Positions 35,589-44,200 of a DNA stretch of 64,000 bases are shown piece by piece; positions within the stretch are counted from its first letter, which is position 1, and each line of letters starts with the position of its first letter. This DNA is from a virus. The stretch lies in IMG/VR virus record IMGVR_UViG_3300020442_000017, positions 1 through 64,000 of that record; one strand, written 5' to 3'. The translations under genes and the position numbers were made by a program. Under the pieces are notes generated by a model, which saw nothing but the letters and a program-made list of their open reading frames with translations, did no database searches and was not told the origin of the DNA.

Positions 35589-35813
35589 ATGAACACAAAC
35601 GAACTTCCCAAGCACATGCAAGACCGTTACGAAGTCAGAGACGGTTTCATCATCAACAAAGGATGCACAGACCCTGTGATCTTCGCCGCCATGGAATCCA
35701 TTAAGGCAGACATGCTGAGAGAAGCACAGGAACGAAAGGAGATCCGTGAGGGTCGCCGTCCCCTCCCCCGATATGACAACTGGGGAGTCTGGAACATCAG
35801 CGACCGCCACTGA
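35589..35813 (+). CDS. Hypothetical early protein (probably leaderless)
   Basis: ATG 35589 is 6 nt after the -10 box. Confidence 0.7.
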   Translation: MNTNELPKHMQDRYEVRDGFIINKGCTDPVIFAAMESIKADMLREAQERKEIREGRRPLPRYDNWGVWNISDRH

Positions 35814-35832
35814 TACAAAACAACTACTCATC

Positions 35833-36054
35833 ATGATCAGCATTTCACCCATCTCCCCTACCGTCTCCCAGTCAGTATGGACGCTTAAGGTCAACCCCTT
35901 CACAGGGTCATGCCGTGTCCGTTGGTTTAAGGGGTGCTTGACTGAGTACACCTTCAAGACTCGCAAGCGTGACATCCTAGCACTGATGATGGCAGGCGAC
36001 AGGTCACTGGGTCAGTGGGTAAACTGGCACATGCGTAATGGCATTGCTGCCTGA
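35833..36054 (+). CDS. KTSC-like small protein
   Basis: SQSVW.L.V.P..G...V.WF.G..EY.F...IL.LM...SLGQWVN. Confidence 0.55.
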   Translation: MISISPISPTVSQSVWTLKVNPFTGSCRVRWFKGCLTEYTFKTRKRDILALMMAGDRSLGQWVNWHMRNGIAA

Positions 36055-36066
36055 TACCCCTATAAT
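36009..36066 (+). promoter_or_regulatory. Early promoter cassette E13
   Basis: GGGTCAGTG-ggta-AACTGGCAC (36009-36030); TATAAT 36061. Confidence 0.75.
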
Positions 36067-36093
36067 AAGAGAGTACACAACACAGGACACAGC

Positions 36094-36345
36094 ATGAACG
36101 GTTGGGCAAACTACGAAACATGGAATGCATCACTTTGGATCAACAATGATGAATTTCTCTATAACACTGCCAAGGCATGTGTACGGTTTGCAGTCAACGA
36201 AGAACCATGGACTAAGTTCGTTCGGTGCATGATGGATGGCGAAATCGGTCGCCATTTGTGTCAGACAGGCGACGGCGTTTCTTGGGATGATCCTAACATT
36301 GACGCTGACGAAATGAACGACATGATGCTAGAACTAGTCATGTGA
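36094..36345 (+). CDS. Conserved phage early protein (NGW.NYETW...LWI.NDE family)
   Basis: CAGGA SD; recognisable phage motif, function unknown. Confidence 0.75.
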   Translation: MNGWANYETWNASLWINNDEFLYNTAKACVRFAVNEEPWTKFVRCMMDGEIGRHLCQTGDGVSWDDPNIDADEMNDMMLELVM

Positions 36346-36355
36346 CAGTATACAC

Positions 36356-36385
36356 AGGGGGCAGTTATTTGCCCCCTTATTTGTT
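36356..36385 (+). terminator. Terminator closing the early island
   Basis: AGGGGGCA-6 nt-TGCCCCCT followed by TATTTGTT. Confidence 0.6.
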
Positions 36386-36551
36386 ACTAACGGGGTGCCG
36401 AGCGATGATGGGACTCCTAACCCTTCTCTAACCTACAAAAGTATCCAAACGAGTGATAAATATTCATCGTATATAAAAAAATTTCCTGGAAAATTTTAGG
36501 CGAAAAAAGTCGCCCATATGCTATAATCAAAATACCTGAGAACACCACAGT

Positions 36552-36902
36552 ATGACACACGAAGAAATGCTTGAAGAAGCAGCACGTAGGGAAGGAACGC
36601 CCGAAGCACCCGACGCAAACGTGATTATTACTCCTGACCTCCATAAGGATAGTCTAGACTATGAGGACATGTATTACGAGACAGCACACAAGGAGTTGCT
36701 AGAGAATCCACGGTATGCCGTCCATGTACACGAGACACAAATCAATAGGTTGATTGAAGTACTGGATGAAGTTGCAAAACGACTCATCTCTTTGGAAGAG
36801 ACTGTAAATCAAATGCAAGTTGAGATGCGATTCAGTAAACCAAAGAATGATGGTCCCCCAACACCACCATCAGAAGGTGCAGACGCATGGTCTTATGAGT
36901 AA
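36552..36902 (+). CDS. Hypothetical coiled-coil protein
   Basis: TG-n-TATAAT at 36519-36527 upstream; heptad segment. Confidence 0.7.
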   Translation: MTHEEMLEEAARREGTPEAPDANVIITPDLHKDSLDYEDMYYETAHKELLENPRYAVHVHETQINRLIEVLDEVAKRLISLEETVNQMQVEMRFSKPKNDGPPTPPSEGADAWSYE

Positions 36903-36907
36903 GAACA

Positions 36908-37180
36908 ATGGAAAAGCGTAAACTAACAGATTCACTGAACGGTGAGTTTGAACCAGAGGATATTGATAATATTCTAGATAACTTTGACCAGTTTTGCGAT
37001 GAATTTGAAAATGCAGCCGCAAAGCGATTTGCAGGAAGAGATAATGACTCCCGAACACCAATCACACATAGCAGCGTTGAATCAGTCACTCCAGTCGTTG
37101 TCCGAGAGGTTGAACCACTTGGAGCAGAGGATCTTATCGCTGGAGAGTCCCCAATTGATGTACAAGCGTCCGAACTCTGA
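36908..37180 (+). CDS. Hypothetical acidic protein
   Basis: Starts 5 nt after the upstream stop; 3' half overlaps the next gene. Confidence 0.6.
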   Translation: MEKRKLTDSLNGEFEPEDIDNILDNFDQFCDEFENAAAKRFAGRDNDSRTPITHSSVESVTPVVVREVEPLGAEDLIAGESPIDVQASEL

Positions 37181-37295
37181 GAAGTACGAGACTATTGCAA
37201 CGACACTAGACTACCTACATAAACATGTGGAAGCACTAGAAAACGTTCATAAGTACAGACTAAGATGGCAGCAACCGTCAGAACAGGAGACCTAG
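37044..37295 (+). CDS. Hypothetical coiled-coil protein
   Basis: ATG 37044; LNQSLQSLSERLNHLEQRILSLE heptads. Confidence 0.6.
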   Translation: MTPEHQSHIAALNQSLQSLSERLNHLEQRILSLESPQLMYKRPNSEKYETIATTLDYLHKHVEALENVHKYRLRWQQPSEQET

Positions 37296-37612
37296 TAAAG
37301 ACAACCGAACCATGTCATGCACCTGGTACCATTCCAATAGCACCGAGACCTGAGGGTACAGTACTAATTAATGGTAAGGCAGCGGCAAGGTTGGGAGATC
37401 TCACATTGCCATATGGCGAAGGGTTTCCACCTGTCTGTGTATCCAACGCAGGCAGACCGATCACTGGACCATGTGTTCCAACAGTTCTCGTGGAAGGTAA
37501 ACCACTATCAGTGTTTGGTGATGTGGTTGATGGTAAGAATCCAATATTGGAATATTCTCCAAATGTTTTTGCGAATACAGCAGGAGATGACATTGAGGTT
37601 GCAGAAGAATAG
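37265..37612 (+). CDS. PAAR-repeat spike-tip protein (T4 gp5.4-like)
   Basis: RTGD..., VLINGKAAARLGD, VLVEGKPLS.FGD, SPNVF. Confidence 0.85.
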   Translation: MAATVRTGDLVKTTEPCHAPGTIPIAPRPEGTVLINGKAAARLGDLTLPYGEGFPPVCVSNAGRPITGPCVPTVLVEGKPLSVFGDVVDGKNPILEYSPNVFANTAGDDIEVAEE

Positions 37613-37653
37613 TCTGCATGTTATAATAGTATTAAACCAACTGGTATTGAATT

Positions 37654-37785
37654 ATGATGATGAAAGGTGGAACCTATGTTCCTTCAACCCCTAAGACGAC
37701 ACGTCAGGGTAACTCAAAGAATACGAAACTATCTGCGACTAGTCGTAACGGTAAGAAGAAGCGTTACAGAGGTCAAGGCAAGTAA
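37654..37785 (+). CDS. Very basic 43-aa peptide (MMMKGG...KTTRQGNSKNTKLSATSRNGKKKRYRGQGK)
   Basis: Read manually; own promoter TTGCAG-17 nt-TATAAT (37599-37627); coupled to the next ORF. Confidence 0.7.
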   Translation: MMMKGGTYVPSTPKTTRQGNSKNTKLSATSRNGKKKRYRGQGK

Positions 37786-37961
37786 TGGAATGGATTTACA
37801 AGATTTGGATGGACATCGGATATTGGGAAGGTGCCGTCCTTACACTATGGCTTGTCGGTCTGTACTGGGGTAAGAAGAGACTAGATTTTCATTTTGCCCG
37901 ACGTACTCAACGTGTTATGGAGAAAAGTATCTACAAGGTGAAACTTGTAGAGGACATTTAG
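37785..37961 (+). CDS. Small membrane protein (58 aa, MEWIYKIW...)
   Basis: Read manually; TAATG coupling; one TM segment followed by basic residues. Confidence 0.65.
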   Translation: MEWIYKIWMDIGYWEGAVLTLWLVGLYWGKKRLDFHFARRTQRVMEKSIYKVKLVEDI

Positions 37962-38005
37962 GAGCGTGGTCTCCGAGCGAAAACACCGAAAAACTCTAAA
38001 GGATT

Positions 38006-38728
38006 ATGAAAATCAATAAGATTGACGTAGATGAAGATAGAAGTATTACTATTATAGATGATGCTTTTACCGCTGGCGAGATGGATGCATTGTATTCGTA
38101 TTGCATTAGTTTGCAGTACAAGGTATGTAATGTAAGTAATTTTGATATTCAAAATATTACTGATCGTCGTCTACGTGCCGATCTCCCACAAATTAATATG
38201 ACTAAGTTAATTGCACAGGATCAGGAGGGTGCAGCACTCCGAAGATCTTTGTGTCCTGATTGTGGAAGGAAAGAAACTCTTGATACAGAAGGAGTAGCAA
38301 ATATTCCTGATGATAATATCTTGAAGTGTATTTTTCATGATAATGATCGTGTAGCAAACTTCAATCAAATCATTGATCCTGAAGAGCATGAATTTGATAA
38401 TGCATATGTTAACCTAGGACTAGTTAATGATTCCCATGAGATCCACGTGGATGGTCCTAGACCAAAGCAAGTGGTCACCATGCTAGTTTATCCCAATCGT
38501 CATTGGGAACCCAACTGGGGCGGCGAGACAGCGTTCTACGAAGAGGATCAATCTGAACTGGTATACTTGAATCCATATGTACCTGGTCGTATTTGTATTT
38601 TTGATGGAAGTATTCCTCATTGTGCAAAACCACAGGCATTGATTGGAGACAAGTATCGTTATACAGTTGCAGTTAAGTTTTCACGTATTGAAGCAGGAAC
38701 TAACGATTTAGATTATTTTAGTAATTGA
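38006..38728 (+). CDS. 2OG-Fe(II) oxygenase (prolyl-hydroxylase-like)
   Basis: IHVD, TMLVYPN..W...WGGET.F, GRICIFDGSIPH, RYTVA.K. Confidence 0.85.
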   Translation: MKINKIDVDEDRSITIIDDAFTAGEMDALYSYCISLQYKVCNVSNFDIQNITDRRLRADLPQINMTKLIAQDQEGAALRRSLCPDCGRKETLDTEGVANIPDDNILKCIFHDNDRVANFNQIIDPEEHEFDNAYVNLGLVNDSHEIHVDGPRPKQVVTMLVYPNRHWEPNWGGETAFYEEDQSELVYLNPYVPGRICIFDGSIPHCAKPQALIGDKYRYTVAVKFSRIEAGTNDLDYFSN

Positions 38729-38729
38729 A

Positions 38730-39014
38730 ATGTATCAAGCATTACCAAGTAGACTACATGTAAAAGATAGTATGGTTGCAGGGCAGGGTATTTTCGCTAA
38801 AGAGAATATCCCTGCTGGTGATGTACTGGGTATGTCACATGTAATTGTAGATGAAGTGATCTATAGAACTCCTCTAGGTGGGTTCCTTAATCACTCAGAT
38901 GATCCAAATTGCGTGAAATATTGCGAGGAGAACTTTTACTTTGTGAAGACAACACGTCCTATTCGCAAGGGAGAAGAGTTATTCTTAAAGTACACGTTCT
39001 ATTCAGTTAAGTAA
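38730..39014 (+). CDS. Minimal SET-domain lysine methyltransferase
   Basis: S...GQGIFAKENI..G, FLNHS.DPNC, RPIRKGEELFLKY: all SET signature motifs. Confidence 0.88.
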   Translation: MYQALPSRLHVKDSMVAGQGIFAKENIPAGDVLGMSHVIVDEVIYRTPLGGFLNHSDDPNCVKYCEENFYFVKTTRPIRKGEELFLKYTFYSVK

Positions 39015-39020
39015 AAGACG

Positions 39021-39027
39021 CTAAATA
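39021..39027 (+). promoter_or_regulatory. T4-type late promoter-like motif (CTAAATA)
   Basis: Upstream of the baseplate operon. Confidence 0.55.
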
Positions 39028-39054
39028 ACTACTGACTTCGTATATTGTCGGTAA

Positions 39055-39447
39055 ATGGCGAGCAGATTGTCTTTCAAAGACATTAATATTAATTTCAAGA
39101 AGCATCCTGTTACTAATGACTTAGTTGTTAGTAGGGATGCTTCTGCTGTTAAGCAAGCAATTATTAATCTTTTACTGACAAATAAAGGAGAGCGTCTGTT
39201 TCAACCAGACTATGGTTCTGATATTAGAAGTCAATTATTTGAACCTTTAGATTTTGCAACGTGTGCTGTCATCAAGAACTCAATTCTATATACATTGAAT
39301 ACATTTGAACCACGTATTGCAGTATCTAAACTTGATGTAAAACCAAATTTTCAAGATAATGGTTTCATGGTAACCATGGAATATGGAATCACAGGTTCTG
39401 ATGTATTACCCACCAACATAGAATTCTTCCTTGCAAGGACGAGATAA
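39055..39447 (+). CDS. gp25: Baseplate wedge subunit gp25
   Basis: FKDI...HPVT.D...AVKQAI.NLLLT.KGERLFQPDYGS.I...LFEP...FEPRI. Confidence 0.93.
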   Translation: MASRLSFKDININFKKHPVTNDLVVSRDASAVKQAIINLLLTNKGERLFQPDYGSDIRSQLFEPLDFATCAVIKNSILYTLNTFEPRIAVSKLDVKPNFQDNGFMVTMEYGITGSDVLPTNIEFFLARTR

Positions 39448-41249
39448 TGCCATATACCCAAGTAAATAACTTAGACTTCGCTGATATTAAAACTGCTCTC
39501 AAAGAATACATGAGGGCAGAGACAGAATTTACTGACTATGACTTTGAAGGATCGGTCATCAGTCAATTAATTGATGTATTGGCATATAATACGTACTACA
39601 CGGCGTTTAACGCCAACATGGTAGTCAATGAACTGTTTCTAGATTCATCCACATTACGAGACAATGTGGTAGCACTAGCGAAACAGTTAGGATATGCACC
39701 AAAATCAATAACCTCTCCAAAAGCAGAAGTTGATTTACAGTTATTTTTTCCTAATAATTCACCTAGTAATGTAATTATTAAGAGAGGTGGTGGTTTTGTT
39801 ACAAATTATGATGGTTCTCTGTATCAATACGTAGTAAAAGAAGATTATAAACAACCAGTTGTCAACGGCACTGCTACTTTTGAGGATCTTCCCATCTATG
39901 AGGGTACTCTTATTACTACAAAAACACTTGTAGATACCTCACTTAAGAATCAAAGATTTATTATTGAGAACAATGGTGCTGATACTAGCACACTTACTGT
40001 TAAGGTATTTGAAAATGCAAATTCCACAGCAGAGACTATTTTTAGTAAAGCAGAAAATATCTTAGAAGTAGGTGCAGATGATACTGTATACTTCATCAGT
40101 GAAATTGAAGATGAGAGATATGAGATCTTTTTTGGTGATGGCGTACTAGGAAAGAAACTTGGCAATCAAAATATAGTAGAAATTTCATATGTTGCTACTA
40201 ATGGACCTGTTACTAATGGTGCTAACAACTTCATTTTTAATGGATCTGTTGTAGATGGTGATGGAAATTCACTAGGAGTTCCGTTTTCCGTATCAGATTT
40301 AACAACATCTTCCGCAGCAAGCGGAGGTGCAACTATAGAATCAGTCTCTAAAATTAAATATAATGCACCAAAATACTTTGGATCACAAAATAGAGCAGTT
40401 ACAAGTAATGATTATTCTGCAATTGTGCGGAAGATCTATCCTGCTATTAGCGATATTATTGTATTTGGAGGAGAAGATCAAGAACCACCTGCATATGGTA
40501 AAGTCTTTATTTCAGTAAAACCATCAGAAGCGGCAGCTCTTTCAACTTTTACAAAGAATCAACTAAAAACTGAACTTAAGAAGTACACTGTTGCCTCTAT
40601 TAGACCAGAATTTGTTGATCCTTCTATTCTTTACGTAGAATTGAATACAAGTGTATACTTTGATGGCACTAAAACTCAGTTACTATCTACAGATATTGCT
40701 TCAAAGGTATCAACTGCTGTACAAAATTATTTGACTACCTCAGGAACAGAAAAGTTCAATGGTAAGTTTAGATATTCAAAATTTGTTGGTGTCATTGATG
40801 GTTCCGAACGTGCTATCAATTCAAATGATACCACTGTTACTATGAGGAAAGATTTTATTGCACAAATAAATGCATCCACATACTATGAAATTTGTTATAA
40901 GAATGCATTCCTAAAAGATTGTGATGATCCTGTAGTTTCATCTACTGGTATGACTGTCTTTGAGCATCCTACTTATACTTCATATCTTGAAGATAGAAGT
41001 GGCAAATTAGTCCTATATAGACTAGATTCTATCACTGGCGACAAAATTGTCTTAAATGATTCTGTTGGTGATGTTAATTATGACACAGGTGAAATTAAAA
41101 TTTATGACTTTACTATCCTAAAAGGTAGTTTTACTGACAATCGTATTGAATTGCGTGTAAAACCTGCTAATAAGGATATTGAAGTAAAGCGTGAGATGTA
41201 TCTATCTGTAGATGTATCAAACAGTAAATTCGTTGCGTATAAAGAGTAG
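39447..41249 (+). CDS. gp6: Baseplate wedge subunit gp6
   Basis: LDF..IK..LK..FTDYDFEGS...LAYNT.Y...NE.FLDS; Y.IFFGDG.LG; QNRAVT..DY; PP.YGKVFIS.KP. Confidence 0.95.
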   Translation: MPYTQVNNLDFADIKTALKEYMRAETEFTDYDFEGSVISQLIDVLAYNTYYTAFNANMVVNELFLDSSTLRDNVVALAKQLGYAPKSITSPKAEVDLQLFFPNNSPSNVIIKRGGGFVTNYDGSLYQYVVKEDYKQPVVNGTATFEDLPIYEGTLITTKTLVDTSLKNQRFIIENNGADTSTLTVKVFENANSTAETIFSKAENILEVGADDTVYFISEIEDERYEIFFGDGVLGKKLGNQNIVEISYVATNGPVTNGANNFIFNGSVVDGDGNSLGVPFSVSDLTTSSAASGGATIESVSKIKYNAPKYFGSQNRAVTSNDYSAIVRKIYPAISDIIVFGGEDQEPPAYGKVFISVKPSEAAALSTFTKNQLKTELKKYTVASIRPEFVDPSILYVELNTSVYFDGTKTQLLSTDIASKVSTAVQNYLTTSGTEKFNGKFRYSKFVGVIDGSERAINSNDTTVTMRKDFIAQINASTYYEICYKNAFLKDCDDPVVSSTGMTVFEHPTYTSYLEDRSGKLVLYRLDSITGDKIVLNDSVGDVNYDTGEIKIYDFTILKGSFTDNRIELRVKPANKDIEVKREMYLSVDVSNSKFVAYKE

Positions 41250-44200
41250 TGCCTAAAACTGCGAATAAAATCTCATTCTTAATTGAGTCACAATTACCTG
41301 ATTTCATCAACGAAGAGTATGAACTTTTTACTAAGTTCATACAAAAGTACTATGAGCAGATTGAAATTCAAGGTCAACCGTTGGATATTATCAGTAATCT
41401 CCAACAGTATCGTGATATTGATTTTTATGAGAAGAATGTATTACAACAGTCAACTACTACATCTGCATATGTCCAAAATGTAGACACTACAATTAGTGTT
41501 GTTGATGCGACTTCATTCCCCAAGAATGGTGGTTATATCAAAATTGATGATGAGATTTGTTTTTATAGAGAAAGAACTGATAATCAGTTTTTAGAAGTAA
41601 GTCGTGGTGTTAGTGGAAACACGACCATTGGTGATTTATACGAGAAGAGTACTTTTGTAACTACTCAAGCAGACAATCATATTTCTGGTTCTACTGTACA
41701 GAATATCAGTAATCTTTTCTTATATTCTCTAGTAAAAAGTTTTGAAAAGGAATATCTAGATAATTTTCCTGAAGAGTATTTAAAAAATGATGTTGATAAG
41801 AGAACACTTATCAAAAACATTACTTCTTTCTATAAAGCGAAAGGTACTGATCAATCAATTAAGTTCTTATTCAAATGTCTTGTTGACAATGATCCAGAAC
41901 CACAAGTTTTATATCCAAGAGAACATACCTTAAAACCATCAGATTCTAATTGGATTAGTAACTATTCAATCAAGGCAAAAGTTTTATCAGGTAACGTTAA
42001 CGATCTCATTGGTAGAAAGATCACACAAACTACTGGTGAATATGCTTCTGCTATTGTAGATAACGTTCAGTATTCTGGTAAGTTTGATGGTGAAGATTTA
42101 TATGAACTAATTTTAGCAGAAGGAAGTATTAATGGTTCATTTTCAGTTGCTGCTAGAACTAAATTAACCAAAAATATTTCACCAGGATTAGGTGTTGGTG
42201 ATAGAGTTGATGTGTTTTCCACAATGGGTTGGGAAAATGAAGGTACGTTTACTGTTGGTAATGAAGTATTTTCTTATGAAGACAAGAATGTAAATCAATT
42301 TGTTATTAAATCTAGGACTAGTAATGGTGTATACAGTGATGGAGATCCTGTATTCTTTGGTTCTAATGTAAGTGGTAATGGTGTAGAGTTATTAGTATAC
42401 GGTATTGTATACAACCTAGAAGCAGAAACTAAGTTTCCATATTCATCTACAGGTGATTCTGTAGATATTTCTGATGCAGGATTCCTCACAGATGATATTA
42501 GAATCTTTGATTCTCAAAATAATCTTAGATGGACTATTGGTGGACTTCCACCTGCTGTAAGTGATTTAGTTTCTAATGTATCTGCAATCTTTGAGGATGC
42601 TGACACTTATTACATTGCTTCTTCAGGATTCCCATCTCATAGTATTGGCACACTCCCTGCTGATGCGGCAGATCAAAAGCATCTTAAGATCTTAAGAAAA
42701 AGACCTATCTCAACTACTGAGTCTTATGAGACTCAATTTAGAGACGTTGGTATTGCCACAAATGGAGTTCCTTTCCTAAGTTACAAAGATGAAGATGTGA
42801 TTCTCAATGGACCTCTTCAAAATATTGTTGTTAACAAGAGAGGTAATGGTTATAAGAAACCACCATTCATTCTTGTTAATGGTGTTGCTAATCAAGCAAT
42901 TGCAAATCTTGCTGGTGAAGTAGTTGAATCAATTAGTATTACTACAGCAGGAAGTTATATTGATACACCTATAGTTGAAGTTGTATCTGGCAGAAATGGC
43001 ACAGTAACTCCAATTGTTACTAATGGTGAGGTTACCAGTATTAGTATTGATAATGCTGGTGAATATTATTCTTCACCACCAGAAGTAAGGATTGCTGATC
43101 TTGCAGGCAAAGGACAATTTGCTGTGTTTAAAGCAGAAGTGTCAACTGCTGGTGAATTGACTGGTTTTGTTAAAGTAAATGGTGGTAAAGGATACACTCA
43201 AGGAAATATACTAGTAGATATCATTCCTGTTGGATCTGGTGCTGTTGCTACTGCCAATATCAAAGAATGGAGAAAAGACAGATTTGTAAAGACAAACGTA
43301 GATTCTGAGAATGGTACATTCTTTACCAATTACGTAAGTTCTAATGGTCAGGGATATGCATATCTAGCATCTCCTGCTACTTTGAGAGCAAATGATAATG
43401 GAGTAAATCATTCTCCTATTCTTGGATTTGCTTATGACGGAAATCCCATTTATGGTCCATATGGATACAGAGATAAATTAGATGCAAATTCACCAATCAT
43501 TAGAATGACATCTAGTTATGGTCCATCATCTACAAGAGTTGATGGTCCTGATGTAACTACATATCCAATCGGAACGTTCATTCAAGATTGGAATTATATC
43601 CATGAAAGAGGAACATTAGATAAAAATAATGGTCGTTATTGTGTCACACCAGAATTCCCAGAAGGTACATATGCATACTTCATCACGGTGGATGATCAGA
43701 ATGCTCCTGTATTCCCTTATGTTATCGGCAAGTGTTATTATTCATTACCTGTTGACTCCAACTACAACTCTGAATTAAATCAGTATGATTTACCAAAGAG
43801 TGCAAGAAGATTAAGAACTAGTGATATTGAAAATAATGGTGGTGGTACATCATTACTAATAAAAGATGTAATTAGTGGAAATATTTCATCTGCAACTGTA
43901 GAATCTTCTTCTGACAACTTTAGAGTTGGTTCTAAGTTAGTTATTGATAATAGTGGAACTGATGGAACTGGTATTGATGCGGAAGTTGAATCTGTAACAG
44001 GAAAGTCGGTACTCTCAATTGAGTCTCAAACTGATAAAGTATTATTTGTATCTCTAAAAGAATCTGCATATCTATTTGATGGTGATAGAGTCACACAAGG
44101 AGCAGCAACAGGTCGTGTTGTGGGTAATGTGTTCTCTGGTACTACATTTGCAATTAAGTCGGTCACAGGGTCTTGGAGTGCTTCTGGAACGCTAACTTCC

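Noticed and set aside
22581-36030. Recurring palindrome as a CRISPR array or integron attC sites
   Set aside because: Copies are degenerate, irregularly spaced by whole genes and fixed relative to -10 boxes; no cas gene or integrase in the window.
25931-36030. TGGCAC as sigma54 -24 boxes
   Set aside because: No TTGC at the required N5 spacing, sigma70 -10 boxes follow, and cyanobacteria lack sigma54.
32145-36551. tRNA genes in intergenic gaps
   Set aside because: No cloverleaf or GTTCRA T-loop with matching stems seen by eye.
37667-37873. 68-aa + strand ORF in the track
   Set aside because: Overlaps two better-supported, translationally coupled small ORFs (37654-37785 and 37785-37961).
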